From the NCBI GenBank assembly GCA_964458125.1, contig CAYWHE010000001.1:1-52103 (forward strand): DNA of 52,103 nt. The letters run 5' to 3'. Shown in pieces: positions 36,812 to 45,670 of the stretch (position 1 is its first letter; each line of letters opens with the position of its first letter). The notes below the pieces were generated by a model that saw only the letters and a list, made by a program, of their open reading frames with translations, was not told where the DNA came from and made no database searches. Origin of the DNA: an uncultured Flavobacteriaceae bacterium. GTDB taxonomy: Bacteria > Bacteroidota > Bacteroidia > AKYH767-A > OLB10. A program made the translations under genes and the position numbers.

Positions 36812-38068
36812 TTAGCGTAATTTCAGGGTTACCACACTCAGCACAGCCAGGAAGATCCCGATGATCCAGAACCTTGTAACAATCTTGGCTTCATGGTAGC
36901 CCAGCTTTTGGTAATGATGATGCAGCGGCGACATTTTGAATATTCTTCTGCCTTCCCCGTATTTATTCTTCGTATATTTAAAATAGCTCACCTGAATCAT
37001 AACGGACAGGTTTTCCACCAGGAAGATGCCGCATATAATCGGGATCAGCAGTTCCTTGCGTATGGCGATGGCAAATACAGCAATGATGCCGCCAAGCGCC
37101 AGGCTTCCCGTATCACCCATAAAAACCTGCGCGGGGTAGGAATTAAACCAGAGGAATCCGACGCAGGCTCCTACGAAGGCGCTCATGAAAACCATCATTT
37201 CACCTGCGTTGGGGATATACATGATGTTCAGGTAATTGGCGAATACCGTATTGCCGGACACATATGCGAACACGGCCAGGGTAATCCCAATAATGGCCGA
37301 TGTTCCCGTAGCCAGACCGTCAATGCCATCGGTTATGTTGGCGCCGTTTGAAACCGCTGTGACTATCAATATGACAATCGGTATATAAATAAGGAATGAC
37401 CATTTTTCATAACCCTCCCCTATAAACGAAATTAAATGTGCATAATCAAATTCATTGTTTTTCAGGAAGGGGATGGTGGTTTTGGTTGATTTTACGTTTT
37501 CGCCCGAAAACAATATGGATTCATTGTTCCGGATTTCATCAATCACATTCCGGTTCACCTGCATGACGATATTCTGATGGCCTGACTTCTCACGGACCAC
37601 CACGGCCGGGTTGAAATAAAGCATACAACCCACGATGAGACCCAGTCCCACCTGTCCCATGATCTTGAATTTTCCAGCCAGTCCTTTTTTGTCCTTTTTG
37701 AAAACCTTGATGTAATCATCCAGGAACCCGATAATCCCCAGCCAGATCGTGGACAGGATCATCATGATCACATACACATTGGTCAATTTGGTCAGCAGCA
37801 GCGTGGGGATCAGGATAGCCGACAGGATGATGAGACCGCCCATTGTCGGGGTTCCCTGTTTTTTATTTTGACCTTCCAGCCCGAGGTCCCGGATGGTTTC
37901 GCCCACTTGTTTTTGCAGGAGCAGACGGATGATCCGCTTGCCAAGAAAAAGTGAAAAGAGCAGGGATAAAATAATAGCCAGGGCAGCACGGAACGAAATG
38001 TATTTGAATACACCGGCTCCCGGCAGGTCGGTCTGTTTATCCAGAAATTCGAAGAGGTAATAGAGCAA
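36812..38068 (-). CDS. mraY: Phospho-N-acetylmuramoyl-pentapeptide transferase
   Basis: 418-aa membrane ORF with [38 protein letters not shown] and SPLHHH....G. Confidence 0.96.
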   Translation of the reverse strand: MLYYLFEFLDKQTDLPGAGVFKYISFRAALAIILSLLFSLFLGKRIIRLLLQKQVGETIRDLGLEGQNKKQGTPTMGGLIILSAILIPTLLLTKLTNVYVIMMILSTIWLGIIGFLDDYIKVFKKDKKGLAGKFKIMGQVGLGLIVGCMLYFNPAVVVREKSGHQNIVMQVNRNVIDEIRNNESILFSGENVKSTKTTIPFLKNNEFDYAHLISFIGEGYEKWSFLIYIPIVILIVTAVSNGANITDGIDGLATGTSAIIGITLAVFAYVSGNTVFANYLNIMYIPNAGEMMVFMSAFVGACVGFLWFNSYPAQVFMGDTGSLALGGIIAVFAIAIRKELLIPIICGIFLVENLSVMIQVSYFKYTKNKYGEGRRIFKMSPLHHHYQKLGYHEAKIVTRFWIIGIFLAVLSVVTLKLR

Positions 38069-38102
38069 GGTCTGGCTTGGTTTAGGTTGGTTGGATATTC
38101 AT

Positions 38103-39578
38103 TCAGTTCAATACGGTTTGAAAGGCATCCTGTAATTCCTTCTTATCGTCAAAAGGATACTTCACTCCTTTTATTTCCTGGTATTTTTCATGTCCCTTCC
38201 CGGCCAGCAGGATAATGTCTCCAGGCCTTGCCAGGGTGCAGGCCGTTTTAATGGCTTCCCGGCGTTCGCCGATGCTCAGCACTTTCCTGTTGTGCTGCAC
38301 CGGCACTCCTTTCCGCATCTGATCAAGAATGGATTCCGGGTCTTCCGACCTGGGGTTATCATTGGTAAGAATCACACGATCGCTCAATTCACATGCAATA
38401 GCCGCCATCAAGGGGCGCTTGGTCGCATCCCTGTCACCGCCGCAACCGATGATCGTAATCACCTTTTCATTTCCTGTTCGTATATCCCTGATGGTTGTAA
38501 GAACATTATGAAGCGCATCCGGCGTATGGGCGTAATCCACGATTCCGGTTACCCGGTTTGGGGCCGTCATGTATTCAAACCGTCCCTCCACCGGATCCAG
38601 CATACTGACAGCCGTCAGCACCTTCAGTTTCTCCGCACCCAGCAGTATTGCCGCCGCGTAAATACCGAGGAGATTATAGGCATTGAAACTCCCGATCAGC
38701 CTGGTCAGCACTTCAGTTCCATCTACCTGGAGCAGCAAGCCTGAAAAATTATTTTCCACTACCCTGCAGCGATAATCCGCCGTGGTATTCAGGGCAAATG
38801 TTTTTTTGACCGCGCGTGTATTCTGCAGCATGGTCTTACCGTTTTTATCGTCGGCATTCACCAGTGCAAATGCTTCGGGGGGCAGCAAATCGAAAAATCC
38901 CTTTTTGGCCCTGATATAAGCTTCAAAAGTTTTATGAAAATCCAGGTGGTCGTGGGTAATGTTGGTAAATATGCCGCCGGCAAAAGTCAGCGCGGTGATC
39001 CTTTGCTGCACCACGGCATGCGAACTGACCTCCATAAAGCAATGCGTACATCCTGCCTCTGCCATCTCAGCCAGCAACTGGTTGATCCGTATGGCATCCG
39101 GCGTGGTATGGGTGGCCGGCACTACCTTATCGCCGATGAGGTTTTTAACGGTGGACATCAACCCGCAGGAATAGCCAAGGGATCTGAAGAGCGTATACAA
39201 AAGCGTTACCGTGGTGGTTTTGCCATTGGTTCCGGTAACGCCAACCAGCCTTAATTTCTGCGAGGGATGATCATAATAGTTGGCTGCAATATGGGCCAGG
39301 GCTTCATTGCTGTTCCTGACCCTGATATAGGTGACCCCCGGCGTGAGAATGGCAGGAAGGTTTTCGCAAACGACGGCAATGGCTCCTGCATCAATGGCTG
39401 CAGGAATAAAACGGTGTCCGTCGGTAAGCGTACCGGGAACGGCAATAAACAAATCATCCCGGTTCACCGCTCCGGAATTGAAACAAGGGGCGTGAATCTG
39501 CAGGTCGGTACTGCCATGCACTTCCAGTATGCCTGACCTGTATAAAAGATCTCTCAGTATTTTCTTAACTGGTTTCAT
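38103..39578 (-). CDS. murE: UDP-N-acetylmuramoyl-L-alanyl-D-glutamate--2,6-diaminopimelate ligase
   Basis: 491-aa ORF with VTGTNGKTTT, EVSSHA, FTNITHDHLDFH and DYAHTPDAL. The DNPR motif (LTNDNPRSEDP) indicates meso-DAP specificity. Confidence 0.95.
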   Translation of the reverse strand: MKPVKKILRDLLYRSGILEVHGSTDLQIHAPCFNSGAVNRDDLFIAVPGTLTDGHRFIPAAIDAGAIAVVCENLPAILTPGVTYIRVRNSNEALAHIAANYYDHPSQKLRLVGVTGTNGKTTTVTLLYTLFRSLGYSCGLMSTVKNLIGDKVVPATHTTPDAIRINQLLAEMAEAGCTHCFMEVSSHAVVQQRITALTFAGGIFTNITHDHLDFHKTFEAYIRAKKGFFDLLPPEAFALVNADDKNGKTMLQNTRAVKKTFALNTTADYRCRVVENNFSGLLLQVDGTEVLTRLIGSFNAYNLLGIYAAAILLGAEKLKVLTAVSMLDPVEGRFEYMTAPNRVTGIVDYAHTPDALHNVLTTIRDIRTGNEKVITIIGCGGDRDATKRPLMAAIACELSDRVILTNDNPRSEDPESILDQMRKGVPVQHNRKVLSIGERREAIKTACTLARPGDIILLAGKGHEKYQEIKGVKYPFDDKKELQDAFQTVLN

Positions 39579-39586
39579 CCGTTCGT

Positions 39587-41698
39587 TTAGCTGAGTTCGA
39601 TGACTATTTGCTGCCCCTTTGAAAATTTACTCCCGGCCTGGATGGACTGCCTGATCACACTGCCGCGGCCGTTTGCCTTTACCTGCAAACCGTGAGTTTC
39701 CAGGAGGAACAAGGCATCACGCAAACCCATACCGGTTACATCAGGAACCAGTCCGCTGACGACCGTGACTGGAACCAGTTTCGGATTTTCCTTTTCGTAT
39801 ACAACTTTTGTCCATTGCGCCCCGTCGGTTGCCGGTCGGTATAACTGGTTGAGGGCAGCCGCGGCCATCCTGGTCTCCCTTGCATTTCCCGCTTTGGGTA
39901 CGGGATTTCCAAGTGCCAGCAGGGAATCATTCCTGGCCAGCTGAGGATGCATGTCAATACGGGTGGCGTAAACCTTATCGGAAATCTCCTTGAAAATCGG
40001 ACCGGCTACCAGGTTACCGTAATACACATCATTGGAAGGAGCATATACGACTACCATACAACTGTATAAGGGCTTATCGGCCGGGAAATAACCCACGAAG
40101 GAGGCCTGGTATTTCACCTTTCCATCCTTGTAACCGTTGTTATTGTTAGCAATCTGGGCCGTTCCCGTTTTTCCGGCAATCGTATAGGCTGCATGTTTCA
40201 GGTTGGTGGCTGTACCGCGCTGCACCACACCTTCCAGCATTTTCCTTGCTTTCGCCAGTGTAGCCTGAGAACAAATGGAGTCCACCAGCACCTCTGTTTT
40301 AAAACTTTTGACAACGATACCCTTGTCCCTTATTTCCTTCACCAGCATAGGCCTGACCATCCTGCCATTATTGGCTACTGCGTTGTACAGGGAGAGAATC
40401 TGTATGGGTGCCAGGCGGGATTCGTAACCGATGGAGAGGTAAGGAAGTGAAACGCGGCTCCAGGATTTGTCGCCGGTATTTTTAATCAGCGGCATGGCCT
40501 CGCCAGCAATCTGCATTCCAAGGGGCCGATCCAGGTGGAAGCGGTGAAGATGATCAATAAACGCCTGGGGATTTTTGCTGTAATATTTGCAGATCATTTT
40601 GGAGACGCCCACGTTGGAAGAAACTTCAAAAACCCGCTGTGCGGAAATCTTCCCGTAACCGCCTTCATGGGAGTCCTTCATGGGTTTTCCTGCACCCCAG
40701 TTGACGGCGCCACCCTGCGTATCAACCGTATCTTCCAGGTCCACATAACCATCTTCCATAGCGGCCAGCATGGAAGCCAGTTTAAAGGTGGAGCCCGGTT
40801 CAGTACCCTGCCCGATGGCATAATTAAAATCTTCCCTGTAGTCGTTATCACCGTAGCGGGTCAGGTTGGCAATGGCCTTGATATGGCCGGTAGCCACTTC
40901 CATGAGGATGGCACAACCCTTATCCGCATTATGCTTCATGAGCTGGGTGCGCAGCGCCTCCTCGGCAACATCCTGGATATTCAGGTCCAGGGTGGTAATG
41001 ACATCGTTGCCGTCCCTGGGGTCCACTACATTTTCATCATCCAGCGGCTTCCATACGTTTCCGGAAATTTTCTGCATCAACTGCTGCCCGTAAACACCGC
41101 GCAGGTAATTATCGAAGGAACCTTCAATTCCAACAGCCTCCACATCTTTCACCTGGAAGCCGATGGTTCGCTGGGCCAGCAGACGGAATGGCAGCGTTCG
41201 CTTGTTTTCCTGGGTTACAATCAACCCGCCTTTATACCGGCCAAGCCTGAAAACCGGAAATTTCCGCATCTGCCCGAGCTGGTTATAGGAAACATTTCTT
41301 TTGAGCAGGAAATAACGATCCCCTTCCTGGCGTGCCTGGCGGAGTATGCGTTTATAATCGGCCGTACTTTTATCCCGGAATAAGGTGGCCAGCCCTGAAG
41401 CCAGGGAATCGAGACTTTTATTGAACAGTTCATTAGTGATTCCGGATGCCTTGGAGTCAAACCTGATTTCGTATACCGGTACAGAAGTGGCCAGAAGGCT
41501 GCCATCGGCCGTATAAATGTTTCCCCTCGATGGTGCGATGGCTTTGAAGCGGGTGGTCAGGCTGTCGGCCTTGGCCCGGTAATAATCGCCCTGTACAAGC
41601 TGAATCTGACCCACCCTGAAAATCACGGCCGCACCGAATGCAATCATGCACCCGAATATCAGGTAAACACGCCAGAGAATATCCTTTTTGGTTTCCAT
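39587..41698 (-). CDS. ftsI: Penicillin-binding protein 3 (FtsI-type class B transpeptidase) with C-terminal PASTA domain
   Basis: 703-aa ORF with an N-terminal TM anchor and the transpeptidase motifs STFK (PGSTFKLAS), SSN (VSSNVG) and KTGT (AGKTGTA). The last ~55 aa (VPDVTGMGLRDALFLLETHGLQVKANGRGSVIRQSIQAGSKFSKGQQIVIELS) fit the PASTA consensus. Confidence 0.92.
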   Translation of the reverse strand: METKKDILWRVYLIFGCMIAFGAAVIFRVGQIQLVQGDYYRAKADSLTTRFKAIAPSRGNIYTADGSLLATSVPVYEIRFDSKASGITNELFNKSLDSLASGLATLFRDKSTADYKRILRQARQEGDRYFLLKRNVSYNQLGQMRKFPVFRLGRYKGGLIVTQENKRTLPFRLLAQRTIGFQVKDVEAVGIEGSFDNYLRGVYGQQLMQKISGNVWKPLDDENVVDPRDGNDVITTLDLNIQDVAEEALRTQLMKHNADKGCAILMEVATGHIKAIANLTRYGDNDYREDFNYAIGQGTEPGSTFKLASMLAAMEDGYVDLEDTVDTQGGAVNWGAGKPMKDSHEGGYGKISAQRVFEVSSNVGVSKMICKYYSKNPQAFIDHLHRFHLDRPLGMQIAGEAMPLIKNTGDKSWSRVSLPYLSIGYESRLAPIQILSLYNAVANNGRMVRPMLVKEIRDKGIVVKSFKTEVLVDSICSQATLAKARKMLEGVVQRGTATNLKHAAYTIAGKTGTAQIANNNNGYKDGKVKYQASFVGYFPADKPLYSCMVVVYAPSNDVYYGNLVAGPIFKEISDKVYATRIDMHPQLARNDSLLALGNPVPKAGNARETRMAAAALNQLYRPATDGAQWTKVVYEKENPKLVPVTVVSGLVPDVTGMGLRDALFLLETHGLQVKANGRGSVIRQSIQAGSKFSKGQQIVIELS

Positions 41699-41704
41699 AA
41701 ACCT

Positions 41705-42166
41705 TTATTTCTGCTTTGCCGCCCGGGTGACCACGATTTTTTTAGGAGGCTCCAGAGATTGTTTCAGTCCCATGGCCTGTACACCGGTTAACACTTCTGT
41801 TTGTTTGCTTTTCATCATCAGATCAGACTGAACGGAAATAAACTCAGAACGCAGTTCACGAATTTCCTTTCCCGTGGCATCCAGTTCCCGTATAGTCCGT
41901 TCGGAATAGTAACTGTTGGCGATATAGATCATGGCCAGCAGGGTGAGGAAAAAAACAAACGGCATCATCCGGATGATGCGTTCTTTTTCCATGAAGGAAA
42001 AAATATTGATGGAACTCATGAATTTACGCGTGACGCGAATTGTTTTATTTTCCGCTGCAGCCGCCTGCATCGTGGTCTCCCCTTCAGCAGGTTCTTCAAC
42101 CGCTGGTTTGATGATATTCATTCCTTTACTGTTGTGTTCCGGATGTACTTTGCAAATGCTATTCAA
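41705..42166 (-). CDS. ftsL: FtsL-like cell division protein (bitopic, coiled coil)
   Basis: It sits between rsmH and ftsI. It has a single TM (MMPFVFFLTLLAMIYIANSYY) followed by a coiled-coil-like segment (IRELDATGKEIRELRSEF). The start is uncertain: ATG at 42166 or at 42121. Confidence 0.6.
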   Translation of the reverse strand: MNSICKVHPEHNSKGMNIIKPAVEEPAEGETTMQAAAAENKTIRVTRKFMSSINIFSFMEKERIIRMMPFVFFLTLLAMIYIANSYYSERTIRELDATGKEIRELRSEFISVQSDLMMKSKQTEVLTGVQAMGLKQSLEPPKKIVVTRAAKQK

Positions 42167-42204
42167 CTATTCTTTCAAATTAATTCACTGATCGGGCAAC
42201 AGCT

Positions 42205-43128
42205 TTAACCGGTTATTTCCATAATCCTCTCTCCTACCCGAAGGCGCGCACTTCTTGCCCTGGGGTTCAACTTCACTTCCTCTTCAGAGGCCAGGATGGG
42301 TTTTCGGCTGATAGCCCTGAAACATATATTCAGGTTGTTTCCAAAGAGATCCCTCTGCGTTTCTCCCTCAAAATTTCCATGACTGATGAAATTTTTAACC
42401 AGCCTGTCTTCCAGTGAATGATAAGACATCACCACCAGCCGGCCACCGATGACTAAGGCCTCCTTTGCCTGCTGTAAAAACTGCCTGAGTACTTCCAGTT
42501 CTTCATTCACTTCCATGCGCAGAGCCTGAAAAGCCTGGGCCATATATTGGTTCGCATTGGCGCCCACCCTGTTTTTCAGCAATAGCTCGCGGAATTCGCC
42601 AACAGTGGTCAGCGTCTTTACCCTTCTGGCCTGCACAATGGCGCGGGCAAGGGTTCTGGCATTACGCAGTTCACCGTATGCCGAAAAGACATGCTGCAAG
42701 GCTTCTGCACTGTAATCATTTAATACCGTGACGGCCGTTTTGGATCCCGATTTGCTCATCCGCATATCCATTTTCTCATCAAACCTGATGGAAAATCCCC
42801 TTGACGGATCATCGAACTGGTGCGAGGACACCCCCAGGTCAGCCAGAATGCCGTCCACCGGAAGGCATTGATTGTATCGGAGATGGTTCAGCATATATTT
42901 GAAGTTTTGCCTGATCAGGTTAAAGCGGGGGTCTTTAAATTCATTGTTCCATGCATCGGGATCCTGGTCAAAGGCAATCAGTTTTCCATTTTTAAGTTTA
43001 TCAAGAATGGCTTTGGAATGCCCTCCACCGCCAAATGTTACATCGACATAGGTTCCATCCTCCTTTATCTGTAAAGCCCCAAGGCATTCCCGGAGCATGA
43101 CCGGCTTATGATAATCCTGTGTTTCCAC
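42205..43128 (-). CDS. rsmH: 16S rRNA (cytosine1402-N4)-methyltransferase
   Basis: 307-aa ORF with YHKPVML.E, DVTFGGGGHS, DLGVSS.Q.D...RGFS, SYHSLEDR.VK and NPRARSA.LRV. It overlaps the mraZ 3' end by 23 nt. Confidence 0.95.
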   Translation of the reverse strand: METQDYHKPVMLRECLGALQIKEDGTYVDVTFGGGGHSKAILDKLKNGKLIAFDQDPDAWNNEFKDPRFNLIRQNFKYMLNHLRYNQCLPVDGILADLGVSSHQFDDPSRGFSIRFDEKMDMRMSKSGSKTAVTVLNDYSAEALQHVFSAYGELRNARTLARAIVQARRVKTLTTVGEFRELLLKNRVGANANQYMAQAFQALRMEVNEELEVLRQFLQQAKEALVIGGRLVVMSYHSLEDRLVKNFISHGNFEGETQRDLFGNNLNICFRAISRKPILASEEEVKLNPRARSARLRVGERIMEITG

Positions 43129-43579
43129 TCAGGTTAATCTTATCGGTTAACAGCTGTGCCAGCTCAGCAAAATGTTCCGGGGGAGCGGATGTCTGAGCTT
43201 CGAATTTCTGTGGATTCCATACCTCAATCACGTTGGAATAAGCAGCCAACGTGAGCTCCTTATCTATCGAAGCATACTGAAGCAGGGGCTTTGGAAATAG
43301 CAGCCGGCCGGTGGCATCGAGGTCCATTTCGGTGGCTCCCCTGTAGAAGTACCGGATAAACTCCCTGTTCTTCTGATCCAGGCGGTTCAGCTTATTTAAA
43401 ACAGAGGTGATGATCTGCCAGTCGTCCATGGGATACAGGGTCAGACAACTTTCAAAGCCCCTGGTAGCCATAAATTTCTCCTGTGCTGCAGGCGATAGCT
43501 GCTTCCTGAGAACAACAGGCAGCATCATCCTGCCTTTGTCGTCAATCTTGCACTGAAATTCACCTGATAACTGGCTCAT
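43106..43579 (-). CDS. mraZ: Transcriptional regulator MraZ
   Basis: 157-aa ORF with two SpoVT/AbrB-like halves carrying the DxxGR motif (KIDDKGRMMLP and DATGRLLFP). It is the first gene of the dcw cluster. Confidence 0.93.
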   Translation of the reverse strand: MSQLSGEFQCKIDDKGRMMLPVVLRKQLSPAAQEKFMATRGFESCLTLYPMDDWQIITSVLNKLNRLDQKNREFIRYFYRGATEMDLDATGRLLFPKPLLQYASIDKELTLAAYSNVIEVWNPQKFEAQTSAPPEHFAELAQLLTDKINLSGNTGLS

Positions 43580-43666
43580 ACGGGGTTTGTAGGTTTAGCC
43601 AAATGTTTTAAAACAGGCCATCTTCGCCTGTTTTTTCTTTCGGCGATAAAGGTAAAAAAGAATTTT

Positions 43667-43694
43667 CCACTTTTTACCACTTTTTACCACTTTT
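43667..43694 (-). promoter_or_regulatory. Putative MraZ operator: three direct AAAGTGG repeats with 10-nt periodicity
   Basis: The minus-strand reading is AAAAGTGGtaAAAAGTGGtaAAAAGTGG (plus-strand CCAC at 43667-70, 43677-80 and 43687-90), 88-115 nt upstream of the mraZ ATG. This matches the published MraZ-box logic: GTGG-containing direct repeats spaced one helical turn apart, with AAAGTG[G/T] plus a 3-nt spacer in Mollicutes. Confidence 0.65.
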
Positions 43695-43908
43695 GTTAAT
43701 AACTATTTTTAAGAACAGTTATTTTACCCTGCCTTACTTTTAACATGGGCTGCTGAAAAAAGCCCAAATTTCCTTCTCACAGGGAGCATGTAAATACCCT
43801 GCAAGCAGCCATCACGGCGAGGCGGCTGATCAGGAAAACAGAAAGGATTGTTGTAAGGACAGGAACTACCGGGAATATCCGCGAAAAAGGGTTTGCCGTT
43901 CCGTGGAA

Positions 43909-44733
43909 TCAGAACCGACTCACCAAAACCAGGTATGCCACCACAAATGGAATGGAAATAAGCAGGGCATCAAAACGATCCAGCAGACCGCCGTGGCCGG
44001 GAAGGAGTTTTCCGGAATCTTTAATATGAAGGCTTCGCTTGAGCAGGGATTCTGCCAGGTCGCCAAAAGTACCGGTAATCACGATGAGCAGGCCAGTCAC
44101 CGTCCAGTGCAGGTAACTCAATTCAGGAAACCACCCGGCGCAGCACCAGGCAATGAAACCATTCAGCAAAGCTCCGCCAATAGTTCCCTCCCATGATTTT
44201 TTCGGTGAAATCCGCTCAAACAACCGGTGTTTTCCAAAGGCCATACCGGTGAGGTAGGCTCCGGTATCGCTTGCCCACAACAAAAGGAAATAACCGAAAG
44301 CCAGCTGCGGATGGTAAGAACGATCAGGTCCTCCCACATAGGGCAAAACCAATAGAAGGGAAAAGGGAACCGCGATGTAAAAGACGCCCAGAACCGTATA
44401 TGCGATGTTCTGGAAAGGCTGTTCTGACTTCGTATATAACTCATAGATGAAGGCAACAAACAAAACAGGCAGGTTGAGAAGGAGCCAGAAGGGTTCCAGT
44501 ACTTCGAATAAAACGAGACCGGTTGATACCATGATGCAGGCTCCGGACAGGTACCCCGTCAGCAATTGGGGTCTGGTATTATTCACTGAAATAATGCTGA
44601 AGAACTCATGCAGGGTAAGCATGGTAAGCACCAGTACCAGGCCGAACAAGGAATAGGGACTAAGGAGCAGGCAGGCCAGCAGGGTGCCGGTAAACAAAAG
44701 CCCGGTAAGCGTCCGTTTGATTAAATTATTCAC
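43909..44733 (-). CDS. cdsA: Phosphatidate cytidylyltransferase
   Basis: 274-aa polytopic ORF with the CTP_transf_1 signature SDTGAYLTGMAFGKHRL...ISPKKSWEG..GG and KDSGKLLPGHGGLLDRFD. It has a GTG start in a GTGA overlap with the upstream ORF. Confidence 0.9.
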   Translation of the reverse strand: MNNLIKRTLTGLLFTGTLLACLLLSPYSLFGLVLVLTMLTLHEFFSIISVNNTRPQLLTGYLSGACIMVSTGLVLFEVLEPFWLLLNLPVLFVAFIYELYTKSEQPFQNIAYTVLGVFYIAVPFSLLLVLPYVGGPDRSYHPQLAFGYFLLLWASDTGAYLTGMAFGKHRLFERISPKKSWEGTIGGALLNGFIAWCCAGWFPELSYLHWTVTGLLIVITGTFGDLAESLLKRSLHIKDSGKLLPGHGGLLDRFDALLISIPFVVAYLVLVSRF

Positions 44734-44936
44734 AGGTTCTGTTGTTTAATAAGGAACCGGGCCAGCACTTCATCCTTATCTTCCACGTAAAGTTCAATTT
44801 CACCAATGGTCCGGTAAACCGAATCCTGCTTGTTGATTTCATGAGAAGGAATATTGTTCTCCGCCAGTAAGGCGCTGACAATACTAATCTGGTAGGGTTG
44901 TCCGGAAGAATAAACTTTCACCCAGTGTTCCTTCAT
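44730..44936 (-). CDS. Small DUF2007-like protein (putative signal-transducing beta-alpha-beta fold)
   Basis: 68-aa ORF. The pattern W..VY.......I....L...NI......K......GE.ELYV......A is reminiscent of DUF2007. It is translationally coupled (GTGA) to cdsA. Confidence 0.5.
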   Translation of the reverse strand: MKEHWVKVYSSGQPYQISIVSALLAENNIPSHEINKQDSVYRTIGEIELYVEDKDEVLARFLIKQQNL

Positions 44937-45001
44937 GGTTCGGGTTGGTTTATCAAACCCGGGGACGAAAATAAAAAAGAAATCCTGAACCAGGGCTATG
45001 T

Positions 45002-45655
45002 TTATCCGGCGGCATCCTCGCTCTCGAGGAGAAAAACAAAAACTTCCTCCGGTCCATGAATGCCGGTCACCGGTGTCAGTTCAATATCGGCGGTTTTTCC
45101 CGGTCCGCTGATGATGGAAAACATGGATGGCAGCCTGTTCCCGTATTGGTCCTTCATCAGTTGAAAGGCGTCCCTGAGGTCAGGAACAAGTTGTCCTGCA
45201 TGGGCAATGACGACATGGTTCCGGGCAACAGCGGGAAGCCTGCGTCCATGGGCCTGCCTGGAAGATATGACAATGCTGCCAGTGCGGATCACCAGGCACT
45301 CACAGGTGGTGATGGCAACTTCCAGCTGTTCAAATCCGGTAGTACTTTTTACAAACGGAAAATCGCAGGCTTTAAGAAAATCACCCCATTCCTGGTCAGG
45401 ACACACCAGGTTTTTCCATTTTTTTTCCTCGCAAAGAGACACCAGCTGTCCTGCAAAGTCAAGTTTGTCATTACAAAAAATGAAATGACCACCGTTGCGG
45501 ATCAGGTTGGAAGCGAAGGCAATTTCGGGGGCCTCATCGGTTACCTGGTACAGGTTGCTTTCAAAATCAACGGTGGCCGATGGGGCCGGACGTTTATTAA
45601 TCAGGGCGCTCCTGATTTTTTTCAATACCTTTTCCCTGTTGGTACTATCCTGCAT
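45002..45655 (-). CDS. LUD-domain protein (LutC/YkgG family)
   Basis: 217-aa ORF with an N-terminal REKVLKKIRSAL... and a C-terminal region (VIAHA.QLV.DL..A......Y.....S....ISGPS.TADIE) typical of the LUD_dom family. Confidence 0.7.
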   Translation of the reverse strand: MQDSTNREKVLKKIRSALINKRPAPSATVDFESNLYQVTDEAPEIAFASNLIRNGGHFIFCNDKLDFAGQLVSLCEEKKWKNLVCPDQEWGDFLKACDFPFVKSTTGFEQLEVAITTCECLVIRTGSIVISSRQAHGRRLPAVARNHVVIAHAGQLVPDLRDAFQLMKDQYGNRLPSMFSIISGPGKTADIELTPVTGIHGPEEVFVFLLESEDAAG

Positions 45656-45670
45656 CAGGCGATGAAATGG

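Noticed and set aside
40535-41383. 282-aa plus-strand ORF antisense to ftsI
   Set aside because: It is a shadow ORF. The minus strand carries the SxxK/SxN/KTG transpeptidase motifs.
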